32,000 nucleotides of DNA from Wallemia ichthyophaga EXF-994 (Eukaryota; Fungi; Basidiomycota). The position numbers and the translations under genes are program-made. Shown here piece after piece: positions 1-10,155 of the stretch. The stretch is taken from the NCBI RefSeq assembly GCF_000400465.1, contig NW_008806281.1:450637-482636 (forward strand). The letters run 5' to 3'. The notes beneath the pieces are model-generated. The model saw only the letters and a program-made list of their open reading frames with translations. It did not search any database and was not told the DNA's origin. Position 1 is the first letter of the stretch; each line of letters begins with the position of its first letter.

Positions 1-1164
1 AGCCGCACCAGGCCGGGCAATAGCTTGTTCAATCTCCCCGTGGTCAGCCAGAGTATGCGACAGGCTATCCATAGTATCTTCCACTCTGTCCTTATCCAGC
101 TCGGGTGCCTTGAGAAGTGTCTTAAGAGTGTTATCTGACATTTCATAAGCCTTCATAATCTGCAGAGTCTTGTGTTAGACGGTACTCCATAGTAACACCA
201 CACCCACCTCAATATCCCCAACGCTCTGCTCAATTTTGAGTAAAACATGCTGCAAATTCTCCCTGCTGTCGAGGCGTTTCTGCAGCACATCTTGCAACGT
301 CTTGCGTGATCTCAAGGAGCGTTTAGCGCGGTCTGTATCTTTACTGCGGAGGTGGCTAGCGATAGTGTCGCTACAACTGCCTATCTCCACATCCAGCTCA
401 CCGATCTGTGCATCAACCGAGTTGAGAGCGTCGACCATGGCGATGATACCGGCTTCAATTTGAGTGATTTGATTCGAGTGTGTAGTGCACCCACCCCCAA
501 CGACCTTCACAGCCTCCCCCTCCACCACCGCATATCCATCGTTAGTCAGCCACTTCAACACCACATCCGCGTCGAGCGGTGCAAGAGAGTATTTAGCCGC
601 GAACAGCCGCCGCGTGTAGAGACACTTGGTGGGTGGGCAGCTGAGGTGATGATCGACGACCTGCGCAGCGAGACTTTGCACGCGCGCTACGACAACGTAC
701 TTGCCGCACGCCCTCTCGAACGCTTCAAAGGGAGTAGAGGGGGACTCATAATCTCCTCCTCCGCTCCCGCCCAAGCCCAGACTCGCGAACAGCCATTCGA
801 GGGTGGTTTGTGTGGTGCGTGCGCTACGTGTGTTGTGCGTATGCGAATTAGACTTGCCCCCCATGAACCCTTCGAGCGGGTAAAGTGCACCGTCGTGCAC
901 CATCCCTTCAACCACCACACCCAGACAGCGCGGCTGACCAGCAACGGGATGCTGCCACTGCCTCGGCGTGTCGTCGTCGACCGTGAACGTGTACTCCATT
1001 ATCCCACTTAACGCCCCTCGCCACCAATCCATATTGGCCTGATAACCGCGTTGATTCGTCTGGCGCAATCGCGTGAAATCCGAGTAAAGCGATTGCAAAC
1101 GCTGTATTCTGTCACTGTTGGTGTATTCGGGTATACTCGCTTTGTATTTCTCCAGCTTATTCAT
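1..1164 (-). CDS. CHM7: CHMP7/Chm7-like ESCRT-II/III hybrid protein (Snf7 family); 3' end runs off the window
   Basis: N-terminus resembles CHMP7 (RLQSLYSDF...YQANMDWWR; GQPRCLGVVV), followed by a Snf7 coiled coil (KRSLRSRKTLQDVLQKRLDSRENLQHVLLKIEQS). Intron 207-160 (48 nt, GTGGGT...CTGCAG) continues as IMKAYEMSDNTLKTLL...VEDTMDSL. ATG 1164 chosen as the likely start. Confidence 0.85.
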
Positions 1165-1193
1165 CCTCGCTGTGCGGTTGGAAGGGAACGACC

Positions 1194-1630
1194 ATGATAT
1201 CAACGAGGTGTCTAAGGAAGAGTGCTACTGGTAGTGATAAATGGGGATTAAGTTTAGAGCACGTAAGTGGGTCTATCATGTACTCATGTTCACAGTCACT
1301 TTCACTTCTTACGCTTCCCAGTTCCTCCTAAAATCTAAATCTATTTCTCTCTACAGAAAGGCTATACGCGGGACAAGAGGTGGGTTGGATAGTAATGGCG
1401 ATGATGGCGATACACTCACTCACCCATTCTACCCAGGTATTCCATATCAACAGGCTCGCTCCGAAACGTTGCAATGGCTGAGAAGTGATTTTCAGAGAAA
1501 CGCCATGGAAAGCGATGTAGAACGGATAAAACATCGGCTAGAATGTATGCAGAGGGAAATCAAGAATAATCTGCCTAATTATGATTGGTCTATGTGTCCA
1601 GAAGGTGGTTTTCCTAGGTTTTGGAGGTAG
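1194..1630 (+). CDS. LYR-motif (Complex1_LYR, LYRM2-like) mitochondrial protein, about 106 aa
   Basis: Spliced model: 1194-1262, 1322-1379, 1437-1630 (introns 59 and 57 nt) gives MISTRCLRKSATGSDKWGLSLEH-FLLKSKSISLYRKAIRGTR-GIPYQQARSETLQWLRSDFQRN. It has the LYR tripeptide and the downstream W..R..F..N typical of LYRM2-like proteins. The track ORF at 1241 uses the wrong first-exon frame. Confidence 0.75.
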
Positions 1631-1650
1631 TGTGAGGGTGTAGGGGTGTA

Positions 1651-1720
1651 TTTCAAGTATTTCCAATTACTTTCCATTGTATTCAAGTGTTTTCAAATGT
1701 ATTTAACTGTTTTCAAGTGC
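1651..1720. repeat. Degenerate 10-bp tandem array (about 7 units, consensus TTTCAAGTGT) in the LYR/ATG101 convergent gap
   Basis: Units in register: tttcaagtat ttccaattac tttccattgt attcaagtgt tttcaaatgt atttaactgt tttcaagtgc. Confidence 0.6.
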
Positions 1721-1726
1721 TCATCA

Positions 1727-2401
1727 CTACGTCATTCTCCTAGCTATAGCTGTGAAATACGAGTTCTGCGATGAGCCATTTGAATTGCTTGGATTGCCCT
1801 GTATCGTATTCGTCATGGCATTCCCAGCAGCTGCTACTGCCAGTGAGTGTGGACTTGTGCTTCTATTGTAAGATGACGTCATAGGATTGACTAGGACATG
1901 GAATGGGAATGGGGCTAAATCGGCAGTGGTAATAGGTGGTATATGATCTTTGTTGGTGTCTGTGAATTGAATTATCTGGTTAAGTGCCTTATTCAAATCA
2001 TTCTGCGTGTTGTGATATATTATCTGTCTGTGGTTCTCCGTTTTGCTTGTGAGTATATTGAACTGGAGTATCCAACACTCCCAAGGTATCTGCTGCGTGT
2101 GGTGTTGCTCCCCAAATCCAAACCAATGGTTAACCTTTCTACTTTGATTTTCACTCAGCACCAACGCCAGTACTCCGCGATCTCCACTAGTAGCTGACAG
2201 CTCCCTCACCTTTTTCACAACCATCTCCTCTATCATCCCACTATCTATTCCAGCTACAACGACATCCAACACTGTTATCTCTTTCGGCTGTAAATTTCCA
2301 AGTGTCCGCTGGAATAAAACAGCGTGGAGTAGTGCCCCGCTAACCTCCTCCAGATGTTCCTTATCTACTGTTATTGAGATGGTTTTGTTGAGCTGGCTCA
2401 T
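1727..2401 (-). CDS. ATG101: Autophagy-related protein 101 (HORMA domain)
   Basis: Motifs LLHAVLFQR.LG...P, IPWECWILQF and KDHIPPIT...PFPF match the Atg101 family. Start placed at MSQLNKTISITVD (2401). No intron. Confidence 0.85.
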   Translation of the reverse strand: MSQLNKTISITVDKEHLEEVSGALLHAVLFQRTLGNLQPKEITVLDVVVAGIDSGMIEEMVVKKVRELSATSGDRGVLALVLSENQSRKVNHWFGFGEQHHTQQIPWECWILQFNILTSKTENHRQIIYHNTQNDLNKALNQIIQFTDTNKDHIPPITTADLAPFPFHVLVNPMTSSYNRSTSPHSLAVAAAGNAMTNTIQGNPSNSNGSSQNSYFTAIARRMT

Positions 2402-2623
2402 GGGTGTCGGGAGATAAGAGGGTGATGGCGTAGGAGATAACCCGGAGATTAACGACAGACACGCAACAGAAACGCAACAAATACGCATGAATCACCAATA
2501 ATACTTGCAATTTTCACATCTCATCCACCACTCATACGCGTCCACTCCTCTAACTCCAACCAACAAGAGCAGCAGCGAGGATAATTGGATAATTGGATAA
2601 ATTTAATTTCTTTATTAAATCCA

Positions 2624-5600
2624 ATGCCAAACAACAACAATATCCAAGTCGCTGTGCGCTGTCGGCCACTTAAACCCGGCGAATCGCAGATCCTATCTAC
2701 AGACGGGCTACGCGGGAATACGGTGACTATAGACAGCACACACTCCACCTCTCAGCAGAAGGCGTACACATTCGACCACGTCTTCGGTGACCAATCAGAC
2801 CAGGCCATGCTTTACGCGGACGTCGGTGCTCCCATCGTAGATGAAATGCTGCAGGGCTTCAATTGCACCATCTTCGCGTACGGTATGACTGGCACTGGCA
2901 AAACCTACACCATGTCGATGGACGAGAAGGACACCGCTGCTCTCAACCCCTCTGACAGATCTGATATAAGCAACGGTGCAGGTATCATCCCTCGCGCGCT
3001 GCACAGCATATTCAACAAACTCGAGTCCCAGCACGCTGAATGCTCCGTACGCGTATCCTATATTGAGCTATACAATGAAGAGTTGCGCGATCTTCTCAGC
3101 CTCAACTATAAACCACCCCAGACCACATCCTCCACCAACTCAGGCGACGGGCTTAAAATGTTCGGCGATCCTAAAGGCAGAGGCGGCGTCATTATACAGG
3201 GTCTCGAAGAAACACTCGTAAATTCCGCTGAAATGGCTTTCGAGGCGTTCGAGAGAGGTAGTCGTCGGCGGAGGATAGCCTCGACGAACTGCAACGAGTA
3301 CTCGAGCAGATCACACTCAGTCTTCACCATCACCGTGCACATTAAAGACTACACGGACCGTGGCGACGAGATTGTCAAGGTGGGCAAACTCAACCTGGTT
3401 GATTTGGCAGGGAGTGAAAACATTGGCAGGAGTGGTGCTGTTGATCTGCGAGCGCGTGAGGCTGGCAATATCAACGCCAGTCTGCTCGCATTAGGCAGGG
3501 TGATCAACGGGCTCGTCGAGCGCAGCGACAGGAACAGAAACAAAAAATTGTCCGACAAGGCCGCTGATAAGTCCTACATTCCGTACAGGTAAGTGGTCTG
3601 TCTCTTCTATCGCTCTTGACTCACCCAACTTTCCAGAGACTCAAAACTCACCCGCCTTCTCCAAGACTCACTTGGCGGTGAAACCAAGACATTCATTATT
3701 GCAACCATCTCCCCAAGCAAGACAAGCATCGAAGAGACGCTCTCGACACTTGACTACGCCTTACGAGCCAAATCTATTGAGAATAAGCCACAGGTGCAGC
3801 AGAAAACGAGCAAAAATACCTACATCAATGACCTAGTAGCGGAGAATGTGCGCGTCAAGGCGGAATTCCGCGCGAGCATTGAGCACAATAACGGCATGTG
3901 GTTCAGTAAAGAGAAAGTAGCGCAGTACGACCACCTCGTCGACAACAAAGAAAAATGCGAAAAGGATCGTGAGGGGTTTGTAGCAGCAGAGAAGGAGCAC
4001 CTTCACACACTTCAGAAACTAGATCTCGCCGACAACGAGATTATCATCAAACGCAACACTATTGCTAAGCTCGAGAAGCAAGTGGAGGGGTTGACGAGGG
4101 AGGTGGATGAGGAGCGGGTGGTTAACGGTGTGCGCGAGAAAGGTGAGCAGGTGAATTGGAGTGCAGCGCAGAAGTGGCTGGAACACGCGCGCGACGAGCA
4201 CAGCGATGTGGATATCATGCATGGGATGCTGGAGAAGAAGCAGACAGAGCACGTCAGTGATGCGAGCACACTCTCCAAATACCATTCGGAAACTGCGCAA
4301 GTGATACGTGAATGCAGCGAAAAATCCACCAACCACTCCCGTCTCATAGACGAGGCGATGGGAGAGATGGACAGCAGGAAGAGGGAGCTTGCCACATCTC
4401 TCAACTCCATCCCTCAGCTAGCCGAGAGCGTTATGGGGGAGTCTGCACATAGGCTGCACGACCTCATCGCTCACCTGGCTACAATGGAAGACGAGAGCAG
4501 CGTAGCGAGCCAGCTGTCGTGCGACTCTATTGTTAACTCAGGCGGACGAGTGAGCGAGATGCTGGCGACGGTTGTGCGCAAACTCGAGGAGAGCAGTGCA
4601 GAATTTGCTACCACGCTCACACAACTCCTGGAGAGAGAATTGCATGGAGTGAGTTGGGTTGCTCATCATACCTTGCCTATTACTAATCATGCACACTTGC
4701 TCAGATGGACGACAGACTAGATAAGCTTTTCTACGAATACACGCAACGCTCCACCGCCAAAGTGACGGCGATGGAGAAAGATGTGGATCAGCTGACGCGC
4801 CTGTGCGCGCACATGGAGGGGCATTCTGTGCGCGTGGAGGGATGGCTAAGCGAGGCACAGACGCGACTGCAAGCGTACGCTACGACCAGTGAGGCGAGTA
4901 GCAGTGAGCGTACGCGCGCACTAGTGGCTGAGGTAACGCGCGCAATGCGTTCGTACGAGGAGGAAGAAGCGGGTGAACGGCACAAGCACCTGGAAGCAGT
5001 ACGCGACCACATGTGCAGTACACAGCAAGACACGGCCGCGCACGCCTCGCACACCCTCCACACGCTCGAACGGCTCACTCAGTCCACGCGCCACCATGCC
5101 TCCTCGCAGAACGACGAGTGCACGCACCAGAGCGATGTATGGGCCAGTGTGCGGCGTGCGACGCGCGAGATGCAGCAGGGTGTACAGGCCGCCTTGCGCG
5201 ATAATGGAGCCAGTGCGGGAGAGATGCACAGACAGATGGAGCAAGATGGCTTACTGCAAGCGCGCGAGATAGTTGAGCGCGGTGAGGAGCTGCGCAGACA
5301 GGCGAAGAGCGCACACGAAAATTACTCTTCCCTCTCCCAACACACTCAGTCGGATGCACGCACAGTGTGCGAAGGCGTCGCGCAGCATGTCGCACAGGTG
5401 CACTTGCGCGTGCAGGGAGATGTCGATACTTTGTCCTCTCTCACTGCCTCCGCGGCGGGCGATAGCAGGGCGCATGCGGACGATGTTGGCAGGGCTGTCG
5501 CTTCGCTGGAACTCTCTCTCGATGCTCTCATGCAGACGCTCAGTGTGGGCGGCAGTAGCAACACCAACATTCCTCGCAAGAGGGAGTGGGTCGGCGATGG

Positions 5601-6354
5601 GGCATATGACATGCAGGCCGTACAGAGCAGAGGCGATGTGCTGCGAGCTGTAACGGGTGGTCCGCCGAAGCGGGCTAAGAGTTTTGGAGGGGGTGCGGGA
5701 GGTGCTGATGGAGTTGAAGTTGGTGATGGTGAAAGTAATAATGCTCACAATCAGCCTCACGCTCACCCCCACTCCCACGCAGACTCCGACAGACAGGGCT
5801 CGGCTCCGCCTGAGATGTCGCCACGCAAAGAGGGCGCATACACGGTCGATGCGCGTGTGTTAAAGGAGAGCAAGGAAGAAGATGCGGGAGAGATGTTTAG
5901 GAAGACGCTAAGTAGTCTGAAAGGGGATAGTGGGGAGGTTGAGAGGGAGGTTGAGAGGGTGCCAGAGAAGGTATCAGCGGAGGAGAGTGTGGATATCGAA
6001 GGTGTAGAAGGCGGGGAAGGCGTAGTTGACGCAGAACTTCCTCATTCCTATCAACCCCCTCAACCCCCACCCTCGCATTCAACAAATGGCCGTCGCGCTC
6101 CGCAGCCAAGTCGTCGACCTACATCAAATTCAAATTACACCTCCACTTCCGCCTCTGCACAGGGAAACCCACGCGTGACGCGTAATAGAGCACCTCTGCG
6201 CACTACATCAACGAATACCACCAATAATGCTCCTGATGTCCCTGGAACAGCGCGCACGAGAAGCAGTAACAGTAGTAATAATGCTGGCAACGCAAACAGC
6301 GCGAATGGAAAAGCGCCACCTGCCAAGAGACGCACAGTTCGACATATGCAGTAG
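2624..6354 (+). CDS. bimC: Kinesin-5 (BimC/Eg5/Cin8 family) spindle motor, about 1208 aa
   Basis: N-terminal motor: [61 protein letters not shown]|[23 protein letters not shown]. Introns 3589-3636 (48 nt) and 4649-4704 (56 nt) join three track ORFs in frame. Long coiled coil, BimC-box-like IPRKREW and basic tail follow. Confidence 0.93.
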
Positions 6355-6501
6355 ATGCGTTAGATGCGGCACCTTCTCCTATTTATAGAAACGAACAACT
6401 TGATAATCACACTTAGTAATATAATATACTGTGTTGTATAATATATATAATTTAAACAATGCAAATTTTCAATGTTTTCTAATGTTTTCAGTGTTTAATG
6501 T

Positions 6502-9013
6502 TTAAAATCCGCCAACTCTCTTCTTCTTCTTCTTGGTAGCGACAGGCCGACCGCCAAACCTGCCCGGCTCGACCTGGGTGCTAGGATTGGGTTGCGAAGG
6601 TGGTTGGGAAGGCTGAGTGAGGGCTGGAGAATGAAGGTGTGCGTGTGATTGTGGCTGAGATTGCGGAGCAGGTGTGAGCGAACCATTCATTGCATTCGAT
6701 GCACTCGTTGCATGTGCGCCAGGCGCAGCAGTTGACAAGACGACGGGAGGTCTGCGCATTATCTTCTGCGAGGGAGGCGGAGGGACATCGGTCTGCATTT
6801 GCGTCTGCCCCTCTATTCCCATCTCTCCCTCCTCAGAATCCGCATAGGGGTCTCTGTACCTGTAGGCATCCACACTGCCACTCCACTCAGCGAGAAGCAG
6901 GTTAGTGGCAGTGTTGAGTGGGGGTTTGGTATCAGCGTCAGTAGCGTCAATGGCATCATTGCGTGCGAGTGCAAGTGCTTCGTCCCCTTGGCTTCTGCGC
7001 GTCACCATCGGCCGCAGTGCGCCGAAAGTGTAGGGGCGCACGGGGGTGCTGTTGTGTATATTCATAGCAGAGGCTGCGCGTGTGAGCTCCTGTACGAGTC
7101 CGCCAGTAGAAGCAGTGGCATCAGTAGGGGTATTGGCAGCACCAACACCGCCAGCATCACCTACAGCGACTCCCCCATCAAAATTGCGTTTGCCCTCGCT
7201 CTTGCCCTCCGCTGGCACGTCATGTGGCCGTCTATTGCTGCATACGTTGTATGCACCCTGCAGCTGACGCTGAACAATCTCCCCCGCCGCGTCGCCCGCA
7301 TATGGGAAGCTGGGAGGTGGGGGTAGAAGAGATTGTGGGATAGAGTAAGACCAAGCTGCATGTGCGTCGTTACTCCTATTCCTGTCCCATTCCCTCTGCC
7401 CTATCTCCACCTCGCTGGCTAGACGCACCTGTAGACCCGCACTTGCGAATGGTTGCAGTGGGAGCTTGTCGCGTAGTGCGAGTGTTGCACCCCCACTACC
7501 ACCCCCACTTATCAGCCCCCATTGCTTGGTCATGTCGCGTAGCGTATATTCGCGCATAGAGGCTAGCCCGTCGCCGAAATAGCCATCTACCTCTTGCGAC
7601 CAGACAGCAGGATCGGTGCGAATGTCGAGAGGGGGTGCGTTGGCGTCCGCGTCAGCGGTGAAGAGTGTGGCGTAGGATAATGAGCCGCCTTGGCTGCGTA
7701 GATACATGTCATACACGGCGTCGGTGTTTTGGGAGAGTGTGTCTGGGTTTTGGTGCGGTGTGGGTTGTCGTGAGGGTGTGGGTGGTTGAGAAGGCTGCAA
7801 GATTTGGGAATGCTCACGGGGGGGATGCTGAGGTGTGGGTGCACGGGAAGAGGCTCGAGAAAGTCGACGAGATTGGTTGCGCGTGTGCTGACGCGTTTGA
7901 TGTCGGGTGGGTTCCCTGTCGTGCTCTTCAGACTGACGCCCTCGCTCATGCACAGCCCAGCCTCCAATCGGAGGAAAAGGCAGTTTGTGGGCGTATGGAG
8001 CGTGTAGAGAGCGGGGAAAGGAGGGAGTGCCACCAATAGTCCATATGGAGAGGAGGGGGTGGATGGCCGAGAAGAGGAGTACAGAGATGGTATTGTGAGG
8101 GCCATTGATAGTATGAATAGAGAGCGTTCTATCGTAGTCTCTGTTGTGGGGTATAGAGAGGAGAGATTGGGAGAAGTTGCGTATGTCGAAGAAAAGGATG
8201 TGGTCGGTTGTGGTGAGAGCAGTGAGAGGTATGTTGGATGCAGTGGAGGACAGTAAGTGAGTGATAGTTGAGGGTGATTGGTAGATGATAGTCGAAATGG
8301 ATGACTGTGGGTGATGAGTGGATAGCAATAGTAAGACATCCACTCACTCTAAAATCAATCACGCTTAGAGAGTGAGAATTCGCAGTTAAACAAGAGTACT
8401 CAGCTGCCTCATCATAGGGATTGAAATCAATCAACCTAAATCTGTTATCGTAGGATTGATGGTAGTATGGATGATGACGTAATTGAGATATCGATGCGGG
8501 TGATTTGAGGCGGGGATTGAAGTTGAACTTGAAAATGTTATCGTATGGGTCGATTAGCAGGCAATTTAGGTCTTTAAAAGAGAGATCAGAGATTGGGTGA
8601 GTGTGGGTGAAGGTGTGAATGTGATCGAGGTGCTTATTGGAAGAGTTGTAAAATATGACACCCAACCTAGTCTTAACAGCTATCAGATGACCCAAATACC
8701 TCGATCTAGATAAGGTATTTGAGTTTGAAGAAGAAATTTGCAGAATCGGGGAATTGAGGTTTATCGACGAGTTGTTGAGGGAATTGATCAGATTAATGTT
8801 AAGACACTGATCATTCTCATTGGTTGGTGATATTAACAAGTTAATTCCATTTCTACTGCTTGTATTTAGTAATTGCCTTGAATATGGATTGAATGTTTGA
8901 ACCCTGTCAAGTGAATTGGTTGATGGGAATACATTTATAGCCTTGGAGAGTTGAAATTTAATAGGACATTTCCTATTATTCAATTTATACTCCAAATCCC
9001 CGTTAAACTCCAT
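6502..9013 (-). CDS. RRN6: Probable RNA polymerase I core-factor subunit Rrn6-like protein, about 822 aa
   Basis: Exons 9013-8348 and 8304-6502, intron 43 nt (GTGAGT...CACAG), joined in frame (VIDFR|SSISTIIY). Beta-propeller-like N-half; C-terminal LLAEW.G..D.Y.Y.DPY and TQVEPGRFGGRP...KKKKRVGGF, which I recall from basidiomycete Rrn6-like proteins. Assignment from memory only. Confidence 0.55.
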
Positions 9014-9030
9014 CGATACTCTCAACCACC

Positions 9031-10071
9031 ATGTCCACCCCACTCCTCCAATTGAAAGACAGGATAAATAAAAATAACAAAATTAATTATAAATCTGATA
9101 ACGGCGATTACACTGATGACATCACTAAAGCTATCTCCATCGAATTAGACACTCTCTACCCTCGCAACACCCCCGTTAAACTTACCGGTTACAAGGACGA
9201 CGAGGAGTACCCACTCGACACGCTTATCATTGCCATCTCGCTCAAGCACCTTCCATTCATCGAATACATGAAGCAATCAAAGCACCTCGCTGTCGGTTTC
9301 ATTAGTGCTTTGGATAGAAAGTCTGTAATTGACTTCTTACTCTCTAAATCTGATAAGAAAAGGTACACAACAAATAACCAGGATAAGGAGAAGGTTAAGC
9401 GTATTAAGTTGAAGGAGATTGAGCTGGATGATAGGTTGAGCAGCTTGAGGGGTCATAAGCCTGCCTTATTTACCAATCTACAACAGTCTATAGCACAGAA
9501 GCTACAATCCTATAACAAGCCATCCAAACCCGTCTCAAAACCCCAGCTCAAACCAAAGAACTTGTCTCCAATCATCATTCTCAGTTCCTCACCAACCTCC
9601 CTCCTCACCATGTACAACGTCAAGCCTTTCTTATCCCAAGCCACCTTTATCCCTTCAAATATCGCCAAAGATATGGCCAAAGATAACCAACAGAGTGTAG
9701 ATGATTTGATTACCATTTACAGGTCAAAACCCAATGAGCAGACCAGCAAATGGTACATTATCAACTCTGTAGAGACTCTCAACAAATTTGGTCCTGATGC
9801 CTGGCAGAGGGTCGTTTGCGTCGTAACCACAGGTCAATTATGGCAATTCAAGCTATACAAGTGGTCAAACCCCCGTGATTTGTTCAGGAATGTTAAAGGT
9901 GTCTACCTCCATTACAGCAATGAATCTATAAACTCAAATATAAAGGATTGGAATGTTTCTACCTTTGCTGTCGACAAGGACAAGCGACACACAGACAAAT
10001 CTCTCGTCTCCAACTTCTGGAGGCAGCTAGACAGCTGGATAGCAACCAATAAGCCTTTCCTAACCGTGTAG
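9031..10071 (+). CDS. CDC73: PAF1 complex subunit Cdc73 (parafibromin)
   Basis: C-terminal Ras-like domain motifs PIIILSSSPTSLLTMYNVK.FL, WQRVVCVVTTGQ.WQFK.YKW, KDWNV and KRH.DK..V..FW. Single exon. Confidence 0.93.
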   Translation: MSTPLLQLKDRINKNNKINYKSDNGDYTDDITKAISIELDTLYPRNTPVKLTGYKDDEEYPLDTLIIAISLKHLPFIEYMKQSKHLAVGFISALDRKSVIDFLLSKSDKKRYTTNNQDKEKVKRIKLKEIELDDRLSSLRGHKPALFTNLQQSIAQKLQSYNKPSKPVSKPQLKPKNLSPIIILSSSPTSLLTMYNVKPFLSQATFIPSNIAKDMAKDNQQSVDDLITIYRSKPNEQTSKWYIINSVETLNKFGPDAWQRVVCVVTTGQLWQFKLYKWSNPRDLFRNVKGVYLHYSNESINSNIKDWNVSTFAVDKDKRHTDKSLVSNFWRQLDSWIATNKPFLTV

Positions 10072-10155
10072 CCTGTGTATTGATGTATTTTTTATTATTT
10101 GCCTGGATTCCCTCTTTATCACTGACGTCGACCATCTCAAAACACGTCGGCAGCG

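Noticed and set aside
2402-2488. Hydrophobic N-terminal extension of ATG101 from upstream ATG 2488
   Set aside because: The HORMA-like sequence begins near Met 2401, and the extension is Pro/Ser low-complexity, probably UTR.
2580-2600. (GATAATTG)2-GATAA, three GATA-like sites upstream of the kinesin
   Set aside because: Short and AT-rich; explainable by slippage, with no supporting context.
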